Below are positions 1 through 8,839 of a DNA stretch of 64,000 bases, in pieces. The DNA is from Candidatus Levyibacteriota bacterium (GTDB taxonomy: Bacteria > Patescibacteriota > Microgenomatia > Levybacterales > UBA12049). The stretch is taken from assembly GCA_038254115.1 (NCBI GenBank), contig JBBSGK010000001.1, positions 2,713-66,712 of the forward strand, read 5' to 3'. A program made the position numbers and the translations under genes. Below the pieces are notes generated by a model. The model was not told the origin of the DNA, ran no database searches, and worked only from the letters and a program-made list of their open reading frames with translations. Each line of letters begins with the position of its first letter. The first letter of the stretch is position 1.

Positions 1-1
1 T

Positions 2-754
2 TTAGCGCACCGCAGTAGATCCATAGTATATGTTTTTACTTATGTTTTTAATTCTCTCCTTTTCTTAGCCTTTATAAGAGGAGTATTTTCAAAAAATAGT
101 TCGCTTGGCGGTTGGACATTGTCAACGGTTACGAGTTATTATTTTTTACTAATTCTTGCTCCGGCTTTATTAATGACTCATCCTGAGATGCCAGTTCTTA
201 GGGATGATATTGAAAAAGGCGAGCTTGCCGGGCGCCTTCTAAAACCCTTCTCATATTACTGGCAAAGATTTTATCACGAAATTCCTTACCGTATTTTTCA
301 AGGATTATTAGCAGTAGTAATTTATTTCAGTTTGTCAGCGATATTTGGAAACTTTTTAAGATTAAACTTGTCATTGATGCAAGTAGCTTTAATTATAATA
401 ATCTTTGTCCTTGCATATATGATTTCGTTTACCTTCAAAATGATCATTGCTATTGTAGCCTTTTGGACCACAGATACCCGAGGTCTACATGAATTGACTG
501 ATGTAATAATATTAATTTTTGCAGGTTTTATTGTGCCGGTAAATTTATTACCCGGTATTCTTGAAAAAGCAGCTTATTTATTACCATTCTCGTATATTAT
601 TTATTTTCCGGTAATTGCTATTCAGGGCAAGCTATCAGTACTGTCAATGCTCTCCGTCATTTCATCTCAGATAATTTGGCTCTGCATGTTGGTAATTTTT
701 TTTAGATTTCAGTGGAAAAAAGCATTAATACGATTTACGGATTTGGGACACTAA
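2..754 (+). CDS. ABC-2 family transporter permease (DUF990-like), 5'-truncated by window edge
   Basis: Frame is open from position 2 (LAHRSRSIVY...). Hydrophobic helices, DIEKGEL..LLKP motif and LPF..IYFP C-terminus typical of this family. Confidence 0.8.
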   Translation, partial: LAHRSRSIVYVFTYVFNSLLFLAFIRGVFSKNSSLGGWTLSTVTSYYFLLILAPALLMTHPEMPVLRDDIEKGELAGRLLKPFSYYWQRFYHEIPYRIFQGLLAVVIYFSLSAIFGNFLRLNLSLMQVALIIIIFVLAYMISFTFKMIIAIVAFWTTDTRGLHELTDVIILIFAGFIVPVNLLPGILEKAAYLLPFSYIIYFPVIAIQGKLSVLSMLSVISSQIIWLCMLVIFFRFQWKKALIRFTDLGH

Positions 755-756
755 AT

Positions 757-1548
757 ATGAAACATTACTTTCAAATTTACCTATTACTTATCAAGCTTAA
801 TTACAGGCGCAGTATTGCAAATAGAGCAGACTTATTTACCGGTCTTTTCGGGAGTCTTTCCTGGGGAGTTTTTTCTATCGTATCAATTTATATCTTGAGC
901 GCCAGGAGTTCTTCGGTATTCGGTTGGAGCCGCGCAGAATTATTTATTCTAATCGGAGTTTTTAATATTATGGTCGGAAGTACATTCCGAATGTTGTTTT
1001 CCCGTAATTTTGAAAACTTTTCAAAATTGATGAGGTATGGAGAATTGGATGGTGTTCTTCTAAAACCGCTTGATACGCAGTTCGCTGTCAGTACGCAGCA
1101 TATAAGCCTCTATGTAATTATCCGCGCTGTTATTGCGTGCATTTACACTTATATCGTAATTGTCCAATCAAATGCAGTAGTTAGTTTTTTGAGTTTTTTG
1201 AGTTTTTTCATACTTGCAATCATTGGACTAATTCTATTGTATGCTTGTTGGTTCTTGGTAATGACATTAACGGTTTGGCTTCCGGATATCTACAATCTTG
1301 ATGAGATTCTATATTCAACAGATGCACTTACGCGCTATCCTCCCCAAATTTTAAACGCTATGAAGATACTTGTCTTTTATTTATTTTTCCCGTTCACACT
1401 TGTTGTGAGCACCCCTACTAAGGCCCTGCTCCATAAATTATCTGTACTCGATGTTGTTATCCTAGTGGGTTTTGCTTGCGGGTTATTATTTATATCCAGG
1501 AAATTTTGGAAATTTGCGCTTCGTTATTACACAAGCGCGAGCGGATAA
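757..1548 (+). CDS. ABC-2 family transporter permease (DUF990-like)
   Basis: ATG at 757 just after the upstream stop; GELDGVLLKP motif and W..ALRYYTSASG end. Confidence 0.82.
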   Translation: MKHYFQIYLLLIKLNYRRSIANRADLFTGLFGSLSWGVFSIVSIYILSARSSSVFGWSRAELFILIGVFNIMVGSTFRMLFSRNFENFSKLMRYGELDGVLLKPLDTQFAVSTQHISLYVIIRAVIACIYTYIVIVQSNAVVSFLSFLSFFILAIIGLILLYACWFLVMTLTVWLPDIYNLDEILYSTDALTRYPPQILNAMKILVFYLFFPFTLVVSTPTKALLHKLSVLDVVILVGFACGLLFISRKFWKFALRYYTSASG

Positions 1549-1550
1549 AT

Positions 1551-2345
1551 ATGAAAAAATATATTTTGGTTGCAAGAAATATGACAATTGAGATATTTAC
1601 ATACCGTCTCAATTTTGCGATGTGGCGGGCCCGCGTAGTACTAAATCTATTGACTACATATTTTCTTTGGTCCTCGCTCATTCCATCTGGGAGACAATTT
1701 TTTGGCTATTCATCATCTATGATGCTTACATATATTTTGGGTTCATATTTTGTAAGCTCATTTGTTCTGTCCACCAGAAGTTTTGGTATGGGGCAAGATA
1801 TTATTCAAGGCGATCTTTCAAACTTTTTAATAAGACCATTAAATTATTTCGGTTACTGGTTCGCAAAAGATATAGGAGACAAGCTGATGAATATCATTTT
1901 TACAATTTGTGAATTTACTATAATAGTACTAATACTAAAACCTCCTTTTTTTCTGCAGCAAGATCCTAGCTTAATATTTTTTAGTATTACAGCAATTTTT
2001 TTTGGTATATTAATTTACTTTTTATTTAATATACTTCTTGCCAGCATTGGCTTTTGGAGCCAAGAGGTCTGGGCGCCACGTTTCATTTTTGCGGTTTTAA
2101 TTAATTTTTTAGCCGGGAATTTATTTCCATTGGATATTCTCCCCAAACCGATATTTGTCGTTTTTCAGGCTCTTCCATTTTCCTATCTTATATATTTTCC
2201 TGTAAAAGTGTATCTTGGAAAATTGGGTCAACAATCAATTTTGTTGGGCTTATCAATTTCAATCACATGGATTTTTATATTGTTATTTTTGGTAAATTTT
2301 GTTTGGAGAAAAGGACTAAGAGATTACGCAGCTTATGGCAAATAA
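1551..2345 (+). CDS. ABC-2 family transporter permease (DUF990-like)
   Basis: ATG at 1551; DIIQGDLSNFLIRP, LAGNLFPLD and WRKGLRDYAAYG motifs. Confidence 0.82.
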   Translation: MKKYILVARNMTIEIFTYRLNFAMWRARVVLNLLTTYFLWSSLIPSGRQFFGYSSSMMLTYILGSYFVSSFVLSTRSFGMGQDIIQGDLSNFLIRPLNYFGYWFAKDIGDKLMNIIFTICEFTIIVLILKPPFFLQQDPSLIFFSITAIFFGILIYFLFNILLASIGFWSQEVWAPRFIFAVLINFLAGNLFPLDILPKPIFVVFQALPFSYLIYFPVKVYLGKLGQQSILLGLSISITWIFILLFLVNFVWRKGLRDYAAYGK

Positions 2346-3120
2346 ATATTTTAAAGTTTGGTGGTTACTTACAATCAAATCAGCGCAAACTGCATTTGAA
2401 TCTCGTTTTGGATCTATTATATTTTTCTTGGGAAAAATAATCCGGATTGTTTTGATGCTAGTTTTTATTATTGTTGTTGTATCTAAAACTAAGCAAATTG
2501 CAGGGTATAATATCTGGCAGGTCATATTTTTCTATGCAACTTTCAATTTAATAGATACGATTCCACAATTATTGATGAGGGAAGTGTACCGTTTCCGATC
2601 ATACGTAATAACAGGGGATTTTGATTATTTTTTGATTAAGCCTTTGTCTCCGTTGTTCCGCGTAATGTTTGGAGGAGCTGACGTTCTTGACAGTTTTGTT
2701 ATTCTCATTGCGATTGGATTATTAATTTTTTCTTCATCTAATATTCCAGGGATTACGGCAACCGGAGTATTATTATATATCCTGCTCATCCTAAACACTA
2801 TGCTTATTGCCGGAGCTATTCATATAGCCATTTCCGCCCTTGGAATAATAACTACAGAAGTGGATAGTGCGCTATGGATTTATAGGGATCTAACAAGTAT
2901 GGGTAGATTCCCTGTCGAAATTTATAGAGATCCTGTATCATTTTTTATCACATATGTTGTCCCGGTCGGAATTATGATTTCATTTCCCGCCAAGGCAATT
3001 CTCGGAATTCTTTCTACAACAAGTTTTATAGCGGCCTTTTTAGTAGGGGGAGTATTATTGGTGTTAAGTTTGTATTTTTGGAGATATGCGCTTTCGCAAT
3101 ATTCAAGCGCGAGTAGTTAA
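2335..3120 (+). CDS. ABC-2 family transporter permease (DUF990-like)
   Basis: GDFDYFLIKP, GRFPVEIY and WRYALSQYSSASS motifs. Confidence 0.82.
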   Translation: MANKYFKVWWLLTIKSAQTAFESRFGSIIFFLGKIIRIVLMLVFIIVVVSKTKQIAGYNIWQVIFFYATFNLIDTIPQLLMREVYRFRSYVITGDFDYFLIKPLSPLFRVMFGGADVLDSFVILIAIGLLIFSSSNIPGITATGVLLYILLILNTMLIAGAIHIAISALGIITTEVDSALWIYRDLTSMGRFPVEIYRDPVSFFITYVVPVGIMISFPAKAILGILSTTSFIAAFLVGGVLLVLSLYFWRYALSQYSSASS

Positions 3121-3157
3121 GATTGTTTTTAATACTATTTTGGGGTAAAATATGACC

Positions 3158-3521
3158 GATCCCAGGAAGAAGGATCGCTATACTGCATCAAGAGATGTAG
3201 TAAGGAAAGTCCAGACAGGTGTAAGGTCGGGGATGGAGTTTACGCTCCGATTAGTGATAACTAGTGTTCAAGCTTTTATTCCACTAAACGAAGCTTGAAA
3301 CAGATCTTGAATTGACAAGATTTGAGAGCAACAGAGACGAGTGGATATGAAACGGGCAATCCCACCTGCTGCAACCTCCGAATTGGTACGTTTGAGGCGC
3401 TTTACCCGAGTACCTAAAGCTTGAGGGCACCTCGCCGAATAGGCGGGCAAGATGAGTTATATCATCATTGAGATAAATTGCGATTGAGAAACAGAATCTG
3501 GCTTACTCTCTTCCTGGGGTT
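3158..3521 (+). ncRNA. rnpB: RNase P RNA
   Basis: Terminal P1 helix GATCCCAGGAAGA / TCTTCCTGGGGTT; P4 signature AGGAAAGTCCAGA (~3203-3215) complementary to ACAGAATCTGGCTTA (3491-3505); ~360 nt; TAAAAT -10 box just upstream. Confidence 0.9.
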
Positions 3522-3584
3522 ATTTTTAAAGTCTAAGATCCTATAGTTTGATTATTCAATAACAGTATGTTATACTATTGACAT

Positions 3585-4919
3585 ATGCCTACTTCAGCAG
3601 AAGTACAATCAGGGCGAGATTTAGAAGGTAAAGAGGCACCGATGCAAAAACTTTCTATAAAAGGTCATTTGCTTCCCGGTGCAGATATTAGCGCAACCCA
3701 TGTTAATAAATTTTTAGTCGGACTCGGACCTGTCTGCGGAATGAATATATTTAATGGTCCTCATGTAAAAACTCCTGATTCCTACGATTCGGAAACTTTC
3801 AAGCGGCTTGGCAATAGACCGCCGGAAGATGTAAACGGGGCTGTAATGTGGGATGATTCTGGCGCGCAGATGTATGTTTTTCCTGATAGAAATAATTGGT
3901 TTACTCTTGATATCTATACATGTAAAAAATTTGATCCTGCTAAGGCTTTGGGATATGTGTATCAAGAATTAGATCCCAAAGCTGACATGGATTTTGCAGA
4001 GCAAGATCACAAAGTTAACACTCCTTGGCAGAGGTTTACACAACCAGAAGGAAGAGTATTGGATCCAGAGAATAAATTTACCCCAGAGATGGATGAATTA
4101 TTTGATACTGATCTTACTAACGTAAATGAAGTTATTGCAGCTGGGAAACGGTTAGAAGGTATTGTGGGTCGAGCTGTTACAGAAGGGTCTGGTAAACGGT
4201 TAGCAGCGACCTATACAAGAGGGCAGAGGGAGCAGCTAAGAGCTCTGCACAGTGATTTTGAAATAGCGGTAGATGACCGGATGATGGATGATGTTCTTTC
4301 AGGAGTAGCAACAAGCCCTGACGATTATCCATTCCAGCCAACGTATGACAGATTATCCTTGATGGAAGGACAAGCTGTAGGTGCAGACAATAAAAAACCG
4401 ATTATGCATATTGGTACCGGATGGCCGGGCACAGCGATTGGATTGTATCGCCAATTTGGAACTCCGGTGAAGTGTATTGAAATTGTTCCGGTTGTTGCGG
4501 AAAAATCCAGAAAAGCTTTGGATAAGTTGGGTTTACTCGGAGAAGACAAATTGCAAGTAATCACTGCTGATGGGAGCATGGTTAACCCTGAAGATCATAA
4601 AGCAGTTATCATTTCTGCAATGGTCCCAAATGAATATAAGAAGCAGGTAATATACAACATGAGACATTTTGCAGTAGGAAATTCGGAAGATCCATTATTG
4701 GTCTTAAGAAAGCCGCAAGATTCTGCGAGAGCGTTTTTCTATCAAGATTTTGGTGATGAAGTAATAGGTGGGGATGCTTTAGTAGATGATACTGGTAAAT
4801 TATTAAAACCTGAAGATCCGCTCCGGTCTTTAGTATATAAGGTTAGAGGTTTTGCCTCTGTGCGAGAAGGACATGATTATAAGTCAGTTTCAGCACGCGC
4901 AAGGTTGCAAAAAGTATAA
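3585..4919 (+). CDS. Fusion of an S-adenosylmethionine-decarboxylase-like N-domain and a nicotianamine-synthase-like (SAM-dependent) C-domain
   Basis: N-terminal NGAVMWDDSGAQMYVFP..FTLDIYTCKKFD resembles SpeD/SpeH. C-terminal YPFQPTYDRLSLME, HIGTGWPGTAI, ISAMVP..KK and LLVLR..ARAFFYQ parallel NAS motifs. Confidence 0.65.
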   Translation: MPTSAEVQSGRDLEGKEAPMQKLSIKGHLLPGADISATHVNKFLVGLGPVCGMNIFNGPHVKTPDSYDSETFKRLGNRPPEDVNGAVMWDDSGAQMYVFPDRNNWFTLDIYTCKKFDPAKALGYVYQELDPKADMDFAEQDHKVNTPWQRFTQPEGRVLDPENKFTPEMDELFDTDLTNVNEVIAAGKRLEGIVGRAVTEGSGKRLAATYTRGQREQLRALHSDFEIAVDDRMMDDVLSGVATSPDDYPFQPTYDRLSLMEGQAVGADNKKPIMHIGTGWPGTAIGLYRQFGTPVKCIEIVPVVAEKSRKALDKLGLLGEDKLQVITADGSMVNPEDHKAVIISAMVPNEYKKQVIYNMRHFAVGNSEDPLLVLRKPQDSARAFFYQDFGDEVIGGDALVDDTGKLLKPEDPLRSLVYKVRGFASVREGHDYKSVSARARLQKV

Positions 4920-4964
4920 TTCTTGTATTTCTATTCTTAAATTCTCAAGAAAGTGAGAATAGAT

Positions 4965-5195
4965 TTAAGAGATGCGCTTAAAGAGATTGATCAACATTAT
5001 TAATAGAATAACTCCGCCGAGGAGTTTGCGGAGCCAGTTTATTCCGCTAGTCATTTCCTGATAAGACCAGATGATGAGTGTTGCAGTAAATAGGGTAATT
5101 CCAATTTTGTGAAGGGTTCCAGCGGTAAATCTGCCAATAAGAAATCCAACTCCGGCAGCAATTAACGGGGGATTTGGTTTTTGAATAATTGTCAT
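4965..5195 (-). CDS. Small membrane protein
   Basis: 76 aa with hydrophobic segments; overlaps the rmuC stop by 4 nt. Confidence 0.55.
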   Translation of the reverse strand: MTIIQKPNPPLIAAGVGFLIGRFTAGTLHKIGITLFTATLIIWSYQEMTSGINWLRKLLGGVILLIMLINLFKRIS

Positions 5196-6196
5196 ATTTC
5201 TTCTACCGATTCCTCAATTTCTTTTTTAATCTCACTACTCAATTGTTTTGCTGATGTGAGTTTTTGGCCCATGCCGGTAAAGCCCTTATTAACATTCATA
5301 TATTGATTGGATGCATTGCCTATGTGTTTTCCCAGAGTATCGAGTGATTCATTAACTTTTTCATAATCAATTTGGAGGGCTCTTAGTAATTGAAAGACCT
5401 GGCGGGATTCAGACTCAATCTTTTTGCCTTCAAAAGAGAGAAGAATTGTCTGAAGATGAGCATAAAGTGTGCTTGGTGAGACAATATATATTCTTCTGTT
5501 TTTTGCGTACTCCAGTAGCGATTCCATATTGACCAACTCATAAAACACTGACTCCGATGGAACATACATAAGGGCAAAATCCATAGTGCCCTCATCTGGC
5601 AAGATATATTTTCTGGCAATTGAGTCAATGTGTTTTTTTATATCCCGCTCAAATTCTTTTCTATATAGCTTGGTATCTTCTTCTGTTTTTGATTTGGAAA
5701 GTTTTTGAAAATTTTCCATGGGGAACTTGGCATCGATTGGCAAAATCCCTGCATCTGTTTTGATGGCAGCATCAACTTTCTCCCCGGATTTAAATGTATA
5801 TTGCAAGTTAAAGCTGTTTTTTGGAAAAATTTGAGTAATCAAATCTTTAAGGACTTGCTCTCCGATATTGCCGCGGAGCTTTGGGCTTTTAAGAAAATCC
5901 TGAAGCTCCTTCATAGACCTGCCTATCTCACTCATCTGCCCGACTTCATGTCCGACGTCACGTATTACAGCTGCCGCTTTATCCAGCCTGTCATTTAATT
6001 GTTTGGAATTTTCCTGAAGCGTCCGGACTGTACTAACTGAGCTGGAATCAATCGATGCCTGCATTGATTTAAGCCATTCAAGTAGAGCAGTATCAGGTTT
6101 GTCACTTTTTATATCAGATAACTTTTTGTTGAGGAAATATATTATTGCAAAAAAACCAAGAATGATAACGGTTAAAATAGGCAGTAGATTATTCAT
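5192..6196 (-). CDS. rmuC: DNA recombination protein RmuC
   Basis: N-terminal TM and coiled coil; PKLRGNIGE, PIDAKFP, YILPDEGTMDFALMYVPSE and IVSPSTL motifs. Confidence 0.92.
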   Translation of the reverse strand: MNNLLPILTVIILGFFAIIYFLNKKLSDIKSDKPDTALLEWLKSMQASIDSSSVSTVRTLQENSKQLNDRLDKAAAVIRDVGHEVGQMSEIGRSMKELQDFLKSPKLRGNIGEQVLKDLITQIFPKNSFNLQYTFKSGEKVDAAIKTDAGILPIDAKFPMENFQKLSKSKTEEDTKLYRKEFERDIKKHIDSIARKYILPDEGTMDFALMYVPSESVFYELVNMESLLEYAKNRRIYIVSPSTLYAHLQTILLSFEGKKIESESRQVFQLLRALQIDYEKVNESLDTLGKHIGNASNQYMNVNKGFTGMGQKLTSAKQLSSEIKKEIEESVEEI

Positions 6197-6267
6197 ATAT
6201 GTATTTTAGCATGAAATTGCAAATTGTACTCCTTGAAAAAATTCTTCCAGATAGCTAGTATATAGAG

Positions 6268-6663
6268 ATGGATAAACAAAAAATATTGTTGATTGAGGAC
6301 GACAGGTTCATACGGGAAATTTATACATTTACCTTGCAAAAGGCAAATTACAAGGTGCTTACGGCAGTAGATGGGCAGGAGGGAGTTGCGCTTGCAAAAA
6401 ATAATCCTGATGCGAACTTGATACTTCTTGATGTCATAATGCCCAATATGAATGGGGTTGAGGTATTGCAGCTGCTAAAGGCAGGTGCCGCAACACAAAA
6501 CATACCGGTGATTCTTCTTTCAAATCTTACTGATGAGAAATTAATAGATGAAGCTATGAAGCATGGCGCTTATGGATACCTGGTTAAAGCGCAGATTGTC
6601 CCAACTCAACTTGTCGAGAAGGTAAAAGAGATGATCAAGTTTCATGGAAAAAATAAATCCTAG
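6268..6663 (+). CDS. Single-domain response regulator (CheY-like receiver)
   Basis: ILLIEDD, LILLDVIMP (phospho-Asp), PVILLSN and YLVK. Confidence 0.9.
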   Translation: MDKQKILLIEDDRFIREIYTFTLQKANYKVLTAVDGQEGVALAKNNPDANLILLDVIMPNMNGVEVLQLLKAGAATQNIPVILLSNLTDEKLIDEAMKHGAYGYLVKAQIVPTQLVEKVKEMIKFHGKNKS

Positions 6664-6678
6664 AAAAGTATAGATGAC

Positions 6679-7773
6679 CTATTGACTGAAATATAATTCG
6701 GGATCCGCACTTATCTCTCTCCAGGATACAGGGTGATAGTTATAAAACCCGCAGGCAGCAATCATCGCTGCATTGTCAGTACAGAGAGATTTTTGAGGTG
6801 CAAAAATCTTAACTTTTAACTTTTCACTTTTAACTTTCAACTCGTTTCGGAGTGACTGATTGGCTGCCACACCACCCGAAATTAGAATTGATCTTACATT
6901 ATATTTTACTGCTGCTTTTAAAGTTTTTTTAATTAAAACATCAACTATTGCATCCTGGGTTGCAAATGCCAGATCTCTTACTGTTTGCGGATCAGGCTTA
7001 ATATTCTTTAAGCTTTGAGAACGGTTTAATTCCTGAACTTTCCGAAGGACTGCAGTTTTTAATCCGCTAAAACTAAAATCCAGATCAGTCGAGCCGACAA
7101 GCGGACGGGGGAACCGGAAACGTTTGGGATTACCTTTTTTGGCTTTTTTCTCAATTGCCGGTCCGCCAGGATAGGGAAGACCAATAAGTCTTGCAATTTT
7201 ATCAAATGCTTCCCCGGCCGCGTCATCCCGTGTGCCGCCGAGGAGTGTAAATATTCCATGTCCTGTCATAAGAAGTAAATCCGTATGACCTCCTGATACA
7301 ACTAAAGCAATTGCCGGAAATTCAATTTTAGCGTCTAGCATATAGCGTCTAGCGTTTAGTTTTGAGTTTGCACTAATAAAATTAGCGTAGATGTGACCCA
7401 CCATATGGTTAACTGGAATGATAGGCTTATTCAATACATATCCGATTGTTTTGGCTGTTTCAACCCCAACAAGAAGTGAACCAATCAGACCTGGTCCGTA
7501 AGTCAGCGCAATTGCATCAATTTTGTTTAAAGTAGCAAAAGTATCAAAGGTATCAGAAGTATCAAAAGCTTTTTTTAGAGCATCTTCAATAACCGGAAGG
7601 ATAAATTTTATTTGTTCCCGCGCTGCGTTTTCAGGGATAATTCCGCCTGTTTTAGTGTGAAGTGCAAAAGATGAAGCGATGACACTTGATTTAAGTATCA
7701 CATTGCTTCCTTGTCCTTCTATGATTGCAGCTGAAGTTTCGTCACAGCTTGTTTCTATTCCGAGGATTATCAT
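6679..7773 (-). CDS. tsaD: tRNA threonylcarbamoyladenosine biosynthesis protein TsaD
   Basis: ILGIETSCDET, VNHMVGH, VSGGHT, DDAAGEAFDK, FSFSGLKT and CTDNAAMIA. Confidence 0.96.
   Translation of the reverse strand: MIILGIETSCDETSAAIIEGQGSNVILKSSVIASSFALHTKTGGIIPENAAREQIKFILPVIEDALKKAFDTSDTFDTFATLNKIDAIALTYGPGLIGSLLVGVETAKTIGYVLNKPIIPVNHMVGHIYANFISANSKLNARRYMLDAKIEFPAIALVVSGGHTDLLLMTGHGIFTLLGGTRDDAAGEAFDKIARLIGLPYPGGPAIEKKAKKGNPKRFRFPRPLVGSTDLDFSFSGLKTAVLRKVQELNRSQSLKNIKPDPQTVRDLAFATQDAIVDVLIKKTLKAAVKYNVRSILISGGVAANQSLRNELKVKSEKLKVKIFAPQKSLCTDNAAMIAACGFYNYHPVSWREISADPELYFSQ
6810..6842. repeat. Heptamer tandem repeat (TAACTTT-like) inside tsaD
   Basis: taacttt taacttt tcacttt taacttt caact; encodes ELKVKSEKLKVK. 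Confidence 0.75.
7329..7370. repeat. Heptamer tandem repeat (TAGCGTC-like) inside tsaD
   Basis: tagcgtc tagcata tagcgtc tagcgtt tagtttt gagtttg; encodes ANSKLNARRYMLDAK. Confidence 0.75.
7531..7566. repeat. Nonamer tandem repeat (AGTATCAAA-like) inside tsaD
   Basis: agtagcaaa agtatcaaa ggtatcaga agtatcaaa; encodes FDTSDTFDTFAT. Confidence 0.7.
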
Positions 7774-7810
7774 GAGGTCAATTATAGCCGATTGGTGAGG
7801 CTTATCAAAA

Positions 7811-8314
7811 TTATAGATTTATTTCCAAGTTATCGCCTTTTTTGATATTGTATTTGTCTGAGAGTCCTGCGTTAATTTCAAGAACCTTATTTACATCTCC
7901 TCCTGATTTTATAATGGGAGGGTTGGATTCTCCAGATGGAGGAGTGGCATTTTTCTCAATTGATATGATTTTATCATCTTTGATAAAAATAATATCAAGC
8001 GGAAATTTCATGTTTTTCATCCAGAAATTATAATAGTCAGTTTTATCAAATACAAAGAGCATTCCGTGATCAGCAGGCAGTGAGTTTCTTCCGGACAGAC
8101 CTGCTTGCTGTTCTTTTGAAGATTTAGCCGTTTCAATTTTAAAAGTATGGTTATTTATGGTTACTGTATTCGCCGCATTTGTCGTAGTAGTGGAAGTTGT
8201 GACATGCTTGGCCGGCGTTTTTTTGGTAGTTTTGGAACTGAATTGGAAAAATACAACTCCCGCAAAAATAACCAGGATAATTCCAAAAATTATGATAAGT
8301 TTATTAATACTCAT
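7811..8314 (-). CDS. DUF192 domain membrane-anchored protein
   Basis: N-terminal TM; GLSGR, GMLFVF, FWMKNMKFPLDIIFI and VLEINAG. Confidence 0.9.
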   Translation of the reverse strand: MSINKLIIIFGIILVIFAGVVFFQFSSKTTKKTPAKHVTTSTTTTNAANTVTINNHTFKIETAKSSKEQQAGLSGRNSLPADHGMLFVFDKTDYYNFWMKNMKFPLDIIFIKDDKIISIEKNATPPSGESNPPIIKSGGDVNKVLEINAGLSDKYNIKKGDNLEINL

Positions 8315-8324
8315 TGTGATAAGT

Positions 8325-8353
8325 TAAAATTTCAAAATGCAAAGTGCAAAATT
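8325..8353. repeat. Intergenic heptamer repeat (GCAAAAT-like)
   Basis: ttcaaaat gcaaagt gcaaaat periodicity. Confidence 0.5.
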
Positions 8354-8834
8354 ATAATTCATTTAATATGTTTACTAATCTTGTCGTCGAACTATTGCTG
8401 ACTGTTTCAACAACTTCAACAACTCTTGCTCCGATTAGCCTAGATTGGCGTTCTTTATGCGTTTTACTAGAATCTCCTTTTGTAGTAGCGATTATAGCAG
8501 GTTTTAGGGAAATTACCAGTCCGTCGTAGTCTTTGTCTTTTTTAAAGACCGGCAATGGAATAATGTAATCTACCATTTGGAGATTAGACAAAATCAGTGC
8601 GCGGTCCTTTTGAGCATTTATCGGGCGGTTCGGGCCTTTAATTTTTTTGATATTTTCATCTGATTCCAAAAACACAAAAAGGACATCTCCCTCTTTTTTT
8701 GCATTTGTGAGATATGCGATGTGTCCGGCATGGAGAATATCAAAACACCCCCCGGCAAGGACTATCTTTTTCCCTCCGGATTTTAGTTTGTTGCTAATTT
8801 GAGTTGCTTGAGGTGGATTAATAATCTTTCCCAT
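8352..8834 (-). CDS. Cytidylyl/adenylyltransferase (RfaE domain II / TagD family)
   Basis: GGCFDILHAGH (HxGH), KGPNRPI and STTRLV. Confidence 0.88.
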   Translation of the reverse strand: MGKIINPPQATQISNKLKSGGKKIVLAGGCFDILHAGHIAYLTNAKKEGDVLFVFLESDENIKKIKGPNRPINAQKDRALILSNLQMVDYIIPLPVFKKDKDYDGLVISLKPAIIATTKGDSSKTHKERQSRLIGARVVEVVETVSNSSTTRLVNILNEL

Positions 8835-8839
8835 AAATT

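Noticed and set aside
3152-3450. Short ORFs (48 aa on + from 3152; 60 aa on - at 3268-3450)
   Set aside because: They lie within the RNase P RNA, which explains the region.
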